Assembly (NCBI RefSeq): GCF_964204645.1
Contig: NC_134027.1
Coordinates: 23,584,560-23,648,559 of the forward strand
From: Tubulanus polymorphus
Taxonomy: Eukaryota; Animalia; Nemertea
Reading direction: 5' to 3'
Length of the DNA stretch: 64,000 bases
The notes under the pieces are model-generated. The model was given only the letters and a program-made list of their open reading frames with translations. It was not told the DNA's origin and did no database searches. Shown here piece after piece: positions 36,601 through 49,996 of this stretch (its first letter is position 1; every line of letters starts with the position of its first letter). The translations under genes and the position numbers were made by a program.

Positions 36601-39600
36601 CGGTATCATAAAACCATGTCAGATAAAATTGCGTGACCTTGACCTCGGCGGCAGCGAACGTCGTATTTTTGCGTTCGATGTTCTATTATGAATGGTAATT
36701 TTCTTGTAACAGGGGCGGATCCAGGGGGACCAGCCCCCCCCCCCCCCCTCCCACCAAACTGCGACCAAATAGCCTTTGAGAGCGCCAAAATTTCAGGACT
36801 TTTTTTCGGTGCTCGCCAAGTGCCCTTCGCGATTACTTTTGTGCCTTCCCGTATCCTGGTGTCACAACCTTCCGAAAATGCTGGCCCCGCCCTTGCGAAA
36901 CCCATCCCTGATTTCAGAAATCTCCTCGTACTTACAATCTCGAACGGAAAGTACGCGTTCGGCATTCTTGAGAATACGATAATGTGCGATATTCCAAGAG
37001 CTCGTGAAGTCTCCAGTTGACGACGCGTTAGTCCATTTTGGTTTTTACTGCTGTTTGTCCAACTCATAACGAACGGGTAATGTCTGAAACAGGGTTTCTC
37101 CTTAAACCGCTTTGAATAACATTCGAACGAGCGAAGGAAATCGTCGAGCTCACCTGAAAATAAGAAACTTCCAAATATTTAGGTTTTATAATGATGCTTT
37201 ACTACTTTCTCGACGCGATAATGACAGAGATGTAGACAGAATGTAGTACCGTACTGTAGCCCCGGGTCTTCACTTTTTTTTCGCTAAGACCATTAAAACA
37301 TCTCTATTCAGATCCTTAACTCGCTGGACGAGTCTTGAATAGTTACACATACGTATTGTTTTTTTATTACCCTTTAGAATGATATTGATATAATATAAGT
37401 GAATACGTGGATTTCATACATTTCAGCCTATACTACTTTTAAAACCTTGGCTACGTCCCTGATAATGATCATCTTTCGTGTAATATGCATTGACATATGT
37501 CTGGATGATAATTTATATACATAATTGAATAAACACTTAATCCGTGTGTCAACTGTAGCTAAAAAAGGTGTAGTTTAGATCTATCTACTGGTCACAAACT
37601 GACTGGTGTAATTTTCTAAGGTTTCCATAAACTGCCAAATCAGGCTAAAATAAAATGTTACCTTTCCCCTAATCGGCCGGATCATTGTTGATACTGCAAT
37701 AAAATTTGTAATCAGTTCATTTCTATCACTGCCGGATATGTAATTGTCAGCTTGATCGTGATTTTTAGAAAAATAATGTACAGTATGGGACAACTTCAAT
37801 TTCAGCAGAATGAGTAACAAGGTATCAATTTTTTTATTAGTTTTAGTTATCCTGTTGATAACGATTTCTCGATGTTTCAAATCGTTTGGTTAAACGTTGA
37901 ATAGCGGATGAACAGTGTCGAAGCATACCTGTATTGTGTGTTATGATCATGAAACTGTAGCAGTGCTTGTCTTCTGACGTTTTTATGAAACTGAAAACAA
38001 GACTCATCACTTGATCCAAAGTCGGCAGAACGTTATGTACTTTATCTTTATTGTTAGGTGGACATGGTTTAGCTTGCACACCGGCGCCGACGATAAAATA
38101 TTCCGTGCCTATGTATCTTTGAAAATAATCTACCGGTGGTCCGATCGCGGCGTCATATTTTGCTTGCAGTACCGTTTTTACTGAAAATATGAAAATGTTC
38201 CTCTATTGAAAATACGCGGTTCCTTCCCCAACGATAAATAATTCAAACAGTGTCAATAAAACGGTTGGCACGCACCACCAGATGGTGCAACATTTTACTA
38301 AATTTAATGCTCAATCACCAACGGAACTTGCAGTTTTATGCAAGAAACTTATTTAAAAATTGCATTTGTCTACTGAATCATTGCTCTCATTAGCATTTTC
38401 TATAGTCTTTTATTTAAATGTATACTTCTATGAATGCATAGTCCCAATGGGTTACTCAGTTATTTCTGTTTGTTCATTTAAGCAAGTACAGTGTTATTGA
38501 ATTTGTATTTTTTTTCTTTTTATTCGTGTTATTAGATCTGTAACTTCTGTGTCTTCCACCTTATACCTGTGATGGGTTGTATACAGTTGAATAAGACCCC
38601 TCCCTTTCCACAACGCGTACGTAATCAATGGATAAACCCAACTTACATTTCTCGTTGAGACCGACTCCTCTTCTGATCTCCGACCGGATGTCGACGAAGG
38701 TAAAATTGATAGACGGTTTCGGTGCATTAGTTCGACTTTGGACTCGCGCGATGGCACTTGAAAAATATTCGACTCTTTCTTGCATTCTCACAAAATCATC
38801 GGTGATGATACAAGCTGTAAAACAAAAGATAAATTGTAAAATGGATGATAGACGCCTTGGGTGCAACGAAGCAACTGATTTATAGTCGAGTGGCAGAGAA
38901 AGCCATCCTACTGACAGATGATTTAAATTGCAAAATGGTAGGAACGATTGTGAAAAGTACAACATAAACACGCCAATATCGATGACGTAGTGCACATCCG
39001 CGCACGCAATACCCTAATTGCTAGCAAAATGCAATATCAAAAAGACATGAAAATTCATTAAAGAGAAAATCAGAGTCTAAGATGAAATAATCTAATTACA
39101 AAATAAACGCCAATATTGTCATTGCGATCCTACGCATGAGTTAGGCGATGACTGTACAGGACCGTTGACAGCAGACACCGTATACACGATTAATCCGTTG
39201 CCACGGCAACAACAATGCATATTTCGAAGAGTCAATATAATACCGAGATAATGCCTTGGCTGAACTTGTCACATGAATAAGAAATTTAATCATCCCTTTT
39301 GTTATTCATAATCATATAATAGTATTTCAATCGTGGAAATGATATCAAAAATAAAAGCAAATTGCTATAGTAACGATTTTCAAGGTCACGCCTGCAAAAT
39401 TTGGACCATTTACATCGACATCCCGGTACTAGAGATCAAGGGCTACCTTCATAATGTCGAATAGGCCCCTATCAGAGATTTAAGTCGGCGGTTTAACATT
39501 AAACATTCTTTATGAACCCCCTCCTGGAAAAAATCCTGGATCCGCGCCTGTACCGGCAGATTGGTTCTCGAGATTCTGGTATTATAGGGAAATGAAGACG

Positions 39601-39851
39601 CTTACTCAAGCATGAACTTGAATATCATTCTGAATTTTCTGAAAAACTAGGACCCAAGGGTTAACTCACTGTATCATAGTAGGCGATAGAAGCATCGCGG
39701 ATTCGACGGGTAAACGAATTCCAAGGGATCGAAAATAAGATTGCGAAATATTTTACCTACCGACTCGCATCGTCTTCGCCGAGGTGGCCGTCACCAGAAA
39801 ACCCGAACTGAAGAGAAGAATCCATATTGCCGAGTTACGTAGCATTTCCAT
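30671..39851 (-). CDS. Divergent ionotropic glutamate receptor / IR-like subunit, copy 2 (about 818 aa, 11 coding exons)
   Basis: Exons 39851-39761, 38814-38647, 38180-37929, 37153-36936, 34994-34941, 34772-34554, 33763-33626, 32395-32291, 32169-32020, 31826-31015 and 30920-30671. Same phases as copy 1 and near-identical exon sizes; open frame. Confidence 0.88.
32902..33221. mobile_element. MITE with long TIRs (CATCCTCCC...GGGAGGATG) containing tRNA-like boxes
   Basis: Inverted ends. The inner core is bounded by TAGACCGGGTGCGCAG / CTGCGCACTCGGTCTA. Homologs at 34141, 43366 and 27803. Confidence 0.8.
34141..34482. mobile_element. MITE of the same family, with an imperfect 8-bp TSD (CTGGTTAT/CTGTTTAT)
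   Basis: TIRs of about 88 bp with CA...TG termini. Absent at the paralogous site in iGluR copy 1 (about 22440-22455). Confidence 0.8.
35120..35320. repeat. Repeat arm, inverted relative to 39250-39448
   Basis: AGGTAGCCCTTGATCTCTA..AAATTTTGCAGGCGTGACCTTGAAAATCGTTGCTATAGCAA pairs with TTGCTATAGTAACGATTTTCAAGGTCACGCCTGCAAAATTT..TAGAGATCAAGGGCTACCT. Confidence 0.8.
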
Positions 39852-42199
39852 TACAGCATATTCTGTCGAAAGAACAGGGCGTAATGCGTATACAACATGC
39901 ATAGGACAACTCATAAATTTAGCTTAATTGCGCTAATATTATCTGTGACGATATGTACGATCATTTCCCAAAAGACCAGACGATAGATATCAAGTACAAA
40001 GTGCTACTAGAATTTTGTCGTTTCACTCATCATCTAACGGTTAAAATGAGATGGAATGGTTGAGTTGTTTTATGATTGTTTTATGGATGAGTTGTTTTTA
40101 TCTAGTCCCAGTAGGCATCATTATCTAACTGCATAACATGAGTTAGCGAGGCCCTTGTTCTGATCAAACATGACGCATTAAAGTTATGAATTCTCGTACC
40201 AAAAAAGCAATCCTAAAAACTAAACCACCACGAGTTGCCGTTCACATTTATCAGACATGTTTAACTACACTAAATGGCCATGATAATTGTTGTATACATT
40301 TCATCTATATTCTAAATTCCTTTAATGTTTAAATGTTTCTTGAGACAATTTGTCTGTGTCTAATGCGTTAATTGTTGTTTGTCTCGCTGTCATGTCACTA
40401 CTCGTCACCTTTGTTTTTGTATCATTTTCCATGTCTCCACCTGTCTCGTATCTCAATGTATATAATTAGTTTGTGCGTAAAAATAAATCAGTTCCAGTTT
40501 TGCTATTCCAAGCTGTTATTTAAGTCTCACTCTCTTCGCTCTGTTCCGGATTTCCGACGTCGACCATTCTTCACGAATAGGACCGAAAATAGCTTTGTGA
40601 AACATGAATTAATTCATACGTACATAGGCCTAAAAGGGCAGATCCGGAACAGTAGATTGTAAAACTTGAAAACGCTCCGAGATGCGATTTCCAGGGCGAC
40701 TCCGCCAAAAACGAAAAATCCTTTAGTTTTGGGGAGCCAAAATGGATCTTTAGGCCTAGAGAAATTCCGACGTTTTTTGTTGTTTTGGCGGGGTTTCCAT
40801 GACGGAAATCTGTTTAGGCGGGGTCGCCAAAAGGGAGTTTTTTTAAAGGAACTTCAACATTTTTTTCGTTCTTGCGTTCTGGCACCCTCATTTGCATACC
40901 AGGAATTTTACACTATGGCACTTATAAGCCACCATACCTATTCGGTCGTCCACCAATTCGGAAAAAAAACAAAAATTACACTTTAAGTCGTCTCAATCCC
41001 AGAGGTAGAAAAGGTCACATTTTCACTAGACACGAGCCGACAGCCTCTCTTTTGGGTGGGTGCTTGATGAGTTTAGATGAATTGGAGCTTATTTGACAGT
41101 GGAGCCACCCCCCCCCCCCCCGTAGGGGTTTGGGCGCGGTGTCCTCCAAAAAGAAAGTTGTGAAAAACTATAAACGTTTTAGATGCATTTCCAGCCAAGG
41201 TTAGTGAATATTTCACAATATTGAAAATTTGCTTTGACAAAAAATAGCGGAACTCGGGATCTGCATGTAGGGAGATGCGTTCGCACCCGAGACAATGGGC
41301 ACGGGCCTGAGACTCGGCAGATAAAATTCTAAATAAAAAGACACCGTATATTCTTCAGGATTTCATCATTCTTGCCTGGAAACTACATCTCAATGCGATA
41401 AATATTCGAGAAAGCGCTTTGCATCAGGATAACATTTATTGCTTGGAAATTGCACCAAAAAGCAGTAAATTTTCAAAATTTTCTAGGGAAGAACCAGACC
41501 CCTTAGTAAGCAAAGCAAAACTGGCCACACCCGTATTGTGGCAATGTGGAAAATGAATTTCAATTATTTCAGCTGTTAGGGTTTCAAGGCACAATTCAAT
41601 AATAATGCATTTGATAGGATATGGTGAAATTGATAATGAAATATTCCCGCAGTGAAGTGTCACCCTAACATTTGTTAATACCTCATATATCTTACTAGAT
41701 GAAATACATGTTAGTTTGTGAGTCTTGATGTCTACAACTTGTCTGACACCTAGCTAACTCTTTTCACCACACTTTCCTTGGATTTTCAAAGTCGCACCCA
41801 ACAGTTTTGGCAAAATAGCATTTACGCATACCTATGATCGTTGTGAACTGTGTGCTGGCCTAAAATGCACACTGATATATCGCTGTACTATACCGATCAG
41901 ACCCCTGCAACTGCTTCGCTACCAACCTCCCCGATCTAGTGCTTGTCCCCGGCGAATATCTACGTAAAATCTAGTATATACATTAATGTCTTCAGGTACA
42001 TTTAACATCATTATATATGAAAATACCGTACCTTCATCTGAGCCTATTATAAGTGAACTACATCTAACAGCAGACAGACACCAGACTGCCATACAAGAAA
42101 CCGGTTCAATCAATCATTCCCATAGTTAATTGGCGAACTGAATACGCCACTGCACTGTCGACGGCGAGTCAACCCTGGAACTGGCTGTATCCACGGTGA

Positions 42200-43250
42200 T
42201 CTAGACCGCTCTACTAGTGAACCCTGGCGTTGCGTGGTCATTGATGAAACGAGATAGTGAGGCACAGGATTCTTACAGATCTGGAAATCCGAAATCCCCT
42301 GATAATTCCCTGATTTTCCCTGATCCTTGAGTGACCCAAAATTCCAGCAAAACGAAGCACCGAAAATTCGAATTTGCTGAGAGACTCAGTGTGAGCTGTT
42401 TGTTACTCGTCACCAGGCCTGTACACTGATTTTAGAGGGGTTCTTCTCGGGGAAAAAATAGCAATGTCACCAAAATGGCATGATCCACGACAAATGCGGG
42501 GGTCTGGGGGTCCAACCCCAAAAAATTTGAGAATGTACTGCTTTTTGGTGTGCATTTTCCAAGCAATAAATTAAGTCTTGGTGCAAATTGCTTTCAATTA
42601 TAAAATGTAATGTGCATCTAGATATTTTCATGGACGCTTTAGCCAGAAATCTTTTTAGTCTGCTTTTGTGCCCTATACCATTTTTGACTGCATTTTAAAT
42701 GATCTTGGTTATGAAAACTACTTCAACCGGCTAATTGCAATTACCAATTACACCATAGGCCTATTCCATAAATATGATTATGGAATTTATACATTACTCA
42801 GGGACTTTATCATAGAAGTATAATTAAAATCCCCATGTCTCGCCCTAAAAGCTATTGTAAACTAATTAAAGGCCATGTGAACTATTATCAGCTATTACAT
42901 TGTCATTTGAGGCCCATAATGACCCTACCATAACAATAGAACATTCAAGAGCACAGTGTAATGTTTATTCTGCGATTCCAGCTTTGTGGTGACAAACGTA
43001 TGCTGTAAACCTAATGCAATTCACAACTTAAGAATTAGAAAAGACAGCTATCAGAAAATGCTGAGGTGAAATTCTGAAAAAATGCTGAAAGTCTGAGGTT
43101 CAGAAAATGAGTAAACTACTTTTTAAATTCCCTGAATTTTCCCTGATTTTAAAGAACAGAGTCAGAATTCCCTGATTTTCACTGCAGGGAAAAATTATTC
43201 TGAAATTCCCTGATTTTCCCTGATTTCCCTGAACTTTAAGAACCCAGGAG
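42200..43250. mobile_element. Insertion with TTCCCTGA subrepeats near both ends, upstream of iGluR copy 2
   Basis: Flanks 42000-42195 and 43255-43365 are nearly contiguous in the paralogous region 26400-26800. Clusters of AATTCCCTGATTTTCCCTGA occur at about 42300 and 43125-43235. Confidence 0.55.
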
Positions 43251-43365
43251 GCATGATAGAGGACTAATAGAGGGGGTGAGGTATGAGACAAAGATGGAGA
43301 ATTTGAAGGATGAATTGTTAAATTGATTTTACACATATCGATTGAAAAATCCTAAACGACTACGT

Positions 43366-43633
43366 AGACCGGGTGCGCAGGTACATGCGCAGGTTTACTG
43401 CGCGAAAACTTGCGGCACCAATCAGATTGCTCGTAAATCGCTGAAGAAAATTTCACAGAAGATAGGCCTATAAATGGGAACACCCGGGATAAAATAGAAC
43501 GCGATATCTGATTGGCTATTAATGACATCATCGAAGCTGCACGCGTAGAGCTGCGCATCGGTCTAATGTGGCAGGGTTTTGTAACGTGGCGAGTCTCGGT
43601 GTCGTCAGATTTAAATCCCTGCCGGGGTAGGAT
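43366..43633 (+). mobile_element. One-armed member of the TAGACCGGG/GGATG MITE family
   Basis: Begins exactly at TAGACCGGGTGCGCAG and retains only the right outer arm. Confidence 0.75.
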
Positions 43634-44166
43634 GACCATTTTGAAATGGCATCGTGGAAATTCTGAAATAATTGCGCACAAAGAATATCTATAAAAGCTC
43701 TGACAGTTAGATATGGGGAATATGCATGTTGGCCTTCGAATCATCATTCAATTCAATAAGGTTTTTGGTTATTTTATTTCATTCAGTGAAAGACTAACAT
43801 TTAAAAACCCACGTGCAATACAACATTCATGACATTTCGGTTTTCTCTCTGTCAAGAGTTGCCTGCCCCATTTTGTAAATGTATATAGCTTCAGACACTG
43901 TTTTTCCGGAGGAAATGACGTGCTGATTCGAATATTGATTGTGTCTGGTATTAATGTAATGATAATACGTTTGGGCCTACACGGAAAATAAATTGTACTT
44001 GCCTTAAAAATCCTGGAGTACTATATAATAATCGTTGCAATTACCCAGTCGCAATTGATGCGGAAAAGGCAAAATGTTTATTTGTGAATAGAGGACCTTT
44101 TTTTGTACACAATCATGTTTGGCAGTTCACGCGGCGTAGATGGAAAGCAGTGATTTTGTCAGATAA

Positions 44167-44479
44167 TGGGATACCGGTAAGGCTACTGAGGGAAGCGAGG
44201 ATTCAGCGATAATCCGCCAGGATCTATAGTGGCACTGGGTTACCGCGCTTCAATTTCTTCTACATTTCAATAAATTTCGAGTCAAATTTTCTGATTAGTT
44301 AATCAATTTTCAGTGAAATCAATACCATATATTGAGAGAGAAAGGAAATCGTATTTCAATTCGATGACTTTTTCGATGATAATTTCCGGATTTGGAAGCT
44401 TAAAGCATTGAAAATGAACTGATTTTCACCACGAGTAACCCAGTGTTTTGTTGCGCCATCTGGTGTTGCCAGTATCCCA
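44167..44479. mobile_element. PIF/Harbinger-like MITE with TAA target duplication
   Basis: TAA|TGGGATACCGG...CCAGTATCCCA|TAA, with subterminal CACTGGGTTAC / GTAACCCAGTG. Confidence 0.7.
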
Positions 44480-46129
44480 TAACAACAACACATATATTTG
44501 GGCCTACGCAGAAAATGAATTCGAATTGCACCTTAAAAATCCAAAAGAAATATGTTAAACATTGCAATTACCCAATCGCAATCTCTCCGGAAAAGAAGAA
44601 AATGTAATTATTCATGAAAAGAGGGCTTGTTTGTAGATATTTATGTCCAGCAGTTCACACAGTGTCAGTCACTATGGTATACGGAAGCCTAAAGTCATTT
44701 GGAAAATCACGTGCAATATATAAAAGATTCGATTTCATCATGACTTTTCAGTTTCGTTTATTTTTTCAGTCAAGAGATGCGTGCGTCATTTTGTAAATGT
44801 ATAGCTTCAGACACTGTGACACCGGGGGAAATGACGTGTTGATTCGAATTGTATCTGATAATGATGCGATGATAATACATTTGGGCCTACACGGAAAATG
44901 AATTCTAATTACCGTCAAAACCACGGAGTGTTAAACGTTGCAAAAAGCAAGGACATTGAAACAAAGGAATTTTAATAAACTAGATATATTATCGAAGTAA
45001 ATACATACATGACCGTTTCTTTAACCGTGATATACATGATCTCTGATGTAAGCTCCGATCGTTATTTGAAATTGACCTCCTTTTTGGCTCCGCTGTGGAG
45101 CTGTAGAATGAGCCGTCATTAGCCAGTCAGCCAGTCATCCCTGAATTTAAAGGATAATTATTATGAAATTTGGTACACTTGAAATGAAAATGAAATGAAA
45201 TGATCACCTTGGTACCCCTTGGTTTGCTATGGAAAGACTTTTGGATCGAAAAACCGATGGCGCCACCAAGGGACGTCCTGCAGAAAAATTATGTCCAAAT
45301 TTGTGTAACAACATTCGCAGTAACTATAGATCTGATATTTACGAAACTCAGTAGGTATGTTCTTAACATTCCCTCATTTTTTGCTCTCGGAGGATTTTTC
45401 GTCCGGATTACGGATTAACGTTGTCAACGTCAGGTGTTCTTAAACGTCATGGCTATGAATATTTAGTAGCGCAATTTTGTGTCGCAATGTTCTTGGTAAC
45501 CGTACAAGATTTATTCTTCTATCTTGATAGCATTGTATAGGACCTATTCCATGTTCTGCTATCGAAGGAATTTTTGATCGGTTTATTTGTTTAGCCAGCA
45601 GGAGACATTGAAAACGGTGAAGGTGCTGCATCATCTCCTGGTGGTTCTAAAACGCTTCTGGTGGTTCTAAAACGCTGTTGCTTTACAAATGTATTCTCAA
45701 TTACTTGTTCATGAATATTCTATAAGATCGTGATGGTTCGCGGACGGTTGGTGGTCATCTTTGTTTTTCATTTTTCTTTCTGATGGTTAGTCCGAATATA
45801 TATAAGTTTTTTAACAGAACTCCTGCAATAGGACTTCAAAATTCTGAAACTTCGTACAGACCCACAAAAGTTGCAAAACACAAAGAACATGCTGCATCCT
45901 CAGTTTCAAGGTCACGCGGTTATGTATGTGGCAACCAGGTGCCGCGTCTCATAGCAAATTAGTATTTTTGCGGACAATCTGACTAGATTAAACAGCAACG
46001 TGTGACGAATATCAGATAAATAAAAGAATAATGAAAACGCTTATGAGAAAATGTACTTTGATTGAATGATCTAATTGAAATTCATGCGTATTTATCTGCT
46101 AACAGAGCATGACGATTGAAAATAGTCAT

Positions 46130-47080
46130 TTACTTCGTGGTTGGCGCGTTAAAAATCCTTGCACAAAAATATTCACGAATTTCTCGCCCAAGTAAAAGGT
46201 ATATGTAAAAATTTATCGAATAGTTACATAATAAGAATTGACTGAATATGTCCAAAAGAAATTCCTTTCCGTCGGCGATTGGTGATAACACAGTTATAGT
46301 GTGTGGAAGTGTCAATACAGCAAATGCGAGTGAAACTGTTACAAGCATTATTGTTGTACGCTTTGCTTTTGTAGTTTTCTTATCATGAGACGAAATGATT
46401 TTTGATCCCTTAAATAACCGAAGTATTATTAATGAATTTGATGTGATTATCAACGTTAAAGGCAAAATGTAGACGTATGCAACGAAGGTTATGAAATAGA
46501 TGAATTGGTCCATAATTTCATAATAACATCCAAAGAACTGGTTGGAAAATTTCATAGCTACTGCTGGGTAAATAGCAATTACCAACGTGTTCATTACAAA
46601 GATTACCACGATCGCGCATCTGGCGAATCTAGGTGTACATATCAAACGAGATGTGAACGGGAAGAGTACAACTGCAGCACGTTCTAGAGATATAGCTACT
46701 ATCAACCACGAACTGTTAGAAGATATCAATTCCATAATGGGTTCGTAGATTTGACAACTGATCAGTGAATTCATTATCACGCCGCTTGGACTGGCGTTTA
46801 AGTTATAGAGAACAAACTGTAAAACAGGCATGAACGTAAGACTGATACAGAAGATGAAGTCACTGAGCGATAAAACGATAAGATAGTTAGCGTAGGACAA
46901 ACTTCGGAACCTGCGACTCATCATTATCAGAAAAGTGGCGGAATTTCCGAAAGTTCCAAAGACGAACAAGGTAAGCAGAATGACCATTGATAATATGCGG
47001 GAGCTTCCAGACTTGTTCACCAAAGACATTAAAACCATGTAGTTGTAAGGTCGACCAATCGGCATCTCAGTGGAATTCAT
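46130..47080 (-). CDS. Intronless class A GPCR, subfamily B
   Basis: Seven TM segments; GTFGN, LSLSD, ISLER, LTLP, NYSINFYIY. ATG at 47080 (MNST) matches the paralog starts. Confidence 0.92.
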   Translation of the reverse strand: MNSTEMPIGRPYNYMVLMSLVNKSGSSRILSMVILLTLFVFGTFGNSATFLIMMSRRFRSLSYANYLIVLSLSDFIFCISLTFMPVLQFVLYNLNASPSGVIMNSLISCQIYEPIMELISSNSSWLIVAISLERAAVVLFPFTSRLICTPRFARCAIVVIFVMNTLVIAIYPAVAMKFSNQFFGCYYEIMDQFIYFITFVAYVYILPLTLIITSNSLIILRLFKGSKIISSHDKKTTKAKRTTIMLVTVSLAFAVLTLPHTITVLSPIADGKEFLLDIFSQFLLCNYSINFYIYLLLGREIREYFCARIFNAPTTK

Positions 47081-48069
47081 ATTCGCCAGATTCACCAGCA
47101 ACACGAGACTAACTGTCTTCTAAGGTATCGGGAAATAAAATGAAATTATATCGGAATCTCCGCAATCTATTGTTGACACCGTATAATATAAAGATCGGTT
47201 TTTCGAAATATATTACAATTCACGATGCCTAAACCTAATTTGATAATCCCGAATGAAAATAGTCACGCACGTAGTTTGAATTGAATTCAATTTTGATCGT
47301 AAACAAACTGAAAATTGTAGTATTAAAGCGGCATTGATTTCCAAACAATGAATTTACAGAACGTGATGCATACACATACATGTAGAATTCACGACTAACA
47401 ATTGTGCTGCCTAGTTTCACTGAATCTCTTTTGGTTCAGCAAACCTTAACTGAAAAACGTTTCAAGGGCGGATTCAGGGGGTGGACCGGGTGAACTAGTC
47501 CACCCTTTTCAAAATTCTAATGCGCCCAAAAGTCAGGAATTTTCCATTTTGTATAGACAATATTCTAAGTAAAAAATGAATCCAACAATTGGCTGATATG
47601 AGCCAGAAATGCCCCATTCAGTCCTAGCATTTCTGTAGGAGGGCCAACAGAACCCCCACCATTGTTGCTCTTGCAGCGCTCCAATTGCTTAATTTTCCCT
47701 TTTCAAACTAAGTTCCCATTCCAATTTTCAGGTCCACCCCTTCAACGAATCCTAGATCAGCCCTCGCATTTATACTATTGTCAGTACATTATGTCCAATT
47801 TAACTGGCATCTTTTTACCGGAAGTGGTAATTGTAAACTCGCAACGAAACCCTTTGTTGAATTAGGATCATTACAAAGAAATGTTTAAAATTCTAGTCAC
47901 CAAGATTATTCAATTCAATCACTTTTAGCTGGACTCTTCTTCCTGCGTTACTAAAAGTAACTTACTGGAGTCTCAATATAGATCAGATTTATCTAACATA
48001 AGTTAAGCTGTTAGTAAATTTGTTTGTTTTTGCTTTACGTCATTTGGATCTTGATTTGCCAAGACTTGA

Positions 48070-48212
48070 TTATTTATTCAACCTCACAACGGGACGGTAT
48101 TTGTGTTGCCCGCACACTGTAGTGTAAGCAGCAGCAGGACTCGAACTCACTTGTCACCCAGCACTGATAATGGATGCAATAGCATCACACCTTATCCCAC
48201 TGAGCTACGGAG
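48070..48212 (-). mobile_element. tRNA-derived SINE
   Basis: Minus strand has an A-box-like GTAGCTCAGTGGGATAAG and a B-box-like GAGTTCGAGTCC, followed by a non-tRNA body and an AATAAATAAT tail. Confidence 0.6.
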
Positions 48213-48483
48213 GTAGCTTTCTTAATTGTTTTTCGCAAGCAATTTGTCAATGAACTACTTTATTGTAGAAAATAATAAAGGACACACTAGTGTGAAATTC
48301 ATTGATGGGCCATTTGAAGGCCTTCAACGGGGTATTTTGGACGCCGGATTCCTCCGAATTTCGTTATCAGATGCCGTGCGCCAATGAACGGGACGCTGAA
48401 CACGAGAAGCAATAAACTAAGGAAGGATCATATCAAATTTGTGTGTAAAAAGTATGCATGGGGCTTTCATGACATATGTTATT

Positions 48484-48845
48484 AATATGGCGCAGCCATG
48501 AGCTATGGCAAGTGCAAAAGGTAGTTTAAGGATAATGTGATGTGTGTAGAAACGTTAACACTCCATACATGGGTCGGTAGAATGTGATGAATGCGTCACA
48601 ATCCGTGAATACCAAACCGTGGTAAAGGGCCTGCACACGTTACTAAACAGTACACGATATAGAAACGAAAGAGCAGTTCTTTGGGGGAAGAGCTTAAGAG
48701 ATAGAATTTACACATCCGGCTAAGAGAAATAAATGTGATTAGATAGAGAGAAATCGTTCAGGTTATTTATACAAGCAGGTCAAGGAACTTGGACAGAAGA
48801 TCCGCCTTAGAACACGGTGAACAATTACTACAACACCGGTAGATA
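48484..48845. repeat. About 360-390 bp repeat, inverted relative to 52376-52762
   Basis: AACACTCCATACATGGGTCGGTAGAATG pairs with CATTCTACCGACCCATGTATGGAGTGTT. Alignable end to end. Confidence 0.85.
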
Positions 48846-48999
48846 TTACGCTACCACAACACTGTCATCAAAATCCTTAGGGAATCTTTGCTTTCCTTTG
48901 ATTGACCTTATCCCCAATATTGCAATATGATTTGGGGAAAAAATTTTGAAAATGTATTGAACTCACTGGTATTTTTACGGGCGAGAGCTATCGAAATAA

Positions 49000-49660
49000 T
49001 TTCTCATTAAAATTACTTAGCACATACAGATCTGATATCTAAACGCTTAGAAATTTTGAAGTATGGTATTATGATTTACAGGCTTTTCTCGTTTAAAAAT
49101 TTCTAAATTCCTTACTGCCCGAATCTTTTAATGGTCAATGGGGAATCAAAATTCCAAATACACCGACGCAATACTAGAAATGAAATCGATTTAGAAACCA
49201 ATAGATTCAAAACCTTTAAACGAAAATTATCTGTCAAACTGTCTGCACCAATCCTTTGGAATTAGCTACCAAATTCGCTTAAAGAAAAACCTAGAATCAA
49301 TTCATTCCGTCTTAGCTACAAAAAAAAAACAGAAGTTTTTCTTATCAAGCTATTTTCTGAATTGATCGGACAATCAAATTATTTCTGTGTACGGGTGTGT
49401 GAGAGGAGTGTGCGGGTTTCCGCGTGCGTGCGCACGTCTGAGTGTGGTGTGGGTGAAAGGGCCTTGTAAACGTAAGCATTCTTTTGCTTCTCCGAGACCC
49501 TTTCCATTATATTACAACATGAATATCACCGATGGACGATCGACTAGAGTATAACCCTAGTCTATGCATCCACAATCATACTTATATATAACAGTACCCT
49601 TGTATTCTTTTATGTAATTTTGTTTGTATAATCGTGTTGTAATTCAAGGGAAAATAAAGT
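49000..49660 (+). mobile_element. CR1/L2-clade LINE 3' fragment
   Basis: HRRNTRNEIDL..FKTFKRKLSVKLSAPILWN*LPNSLKE..INSFR is the typical post-RT C-terminus (H..TR, LWN.LP). A 3' UTR follows, ending GAAAATAAAG. Confidence 0.75.
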
Positions 49661-49996
49661 TATGATGGAGCTTATTTGGGACTCGTACAAAACCGATATA
49701 ATTCTATAATCATTTTTTCGACATAATTTCGTCGTGTATAGAGGGTCGCGACGGTTTTGTACGAGTTTCCGGACAAGCATTTGTAGATAATGATGCATTG
49801 ATGATACATTTGGGCCTACACGGAAAATGAATTATAATTACCGTCAGAATCCCGGAGTAACTTGTTAAGCATTGCAATTGTCAAACGTTGCAATTACCCA
49901 CTCGCAATCTCTGCTGAAAAGGCCGAAATATGATTATTCACGAAGAGGTCTTGTTGATACGCATTCATGTCTGGCAGTTCACACAGTGCAGTCATT

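Noticed and set aside
48130-48212. Possible tRNA gene
   Set aside because: A and B boxes are present but I could not form a convincing cloverleaf. It continues into a body and A-rich tail, as a SINE does.
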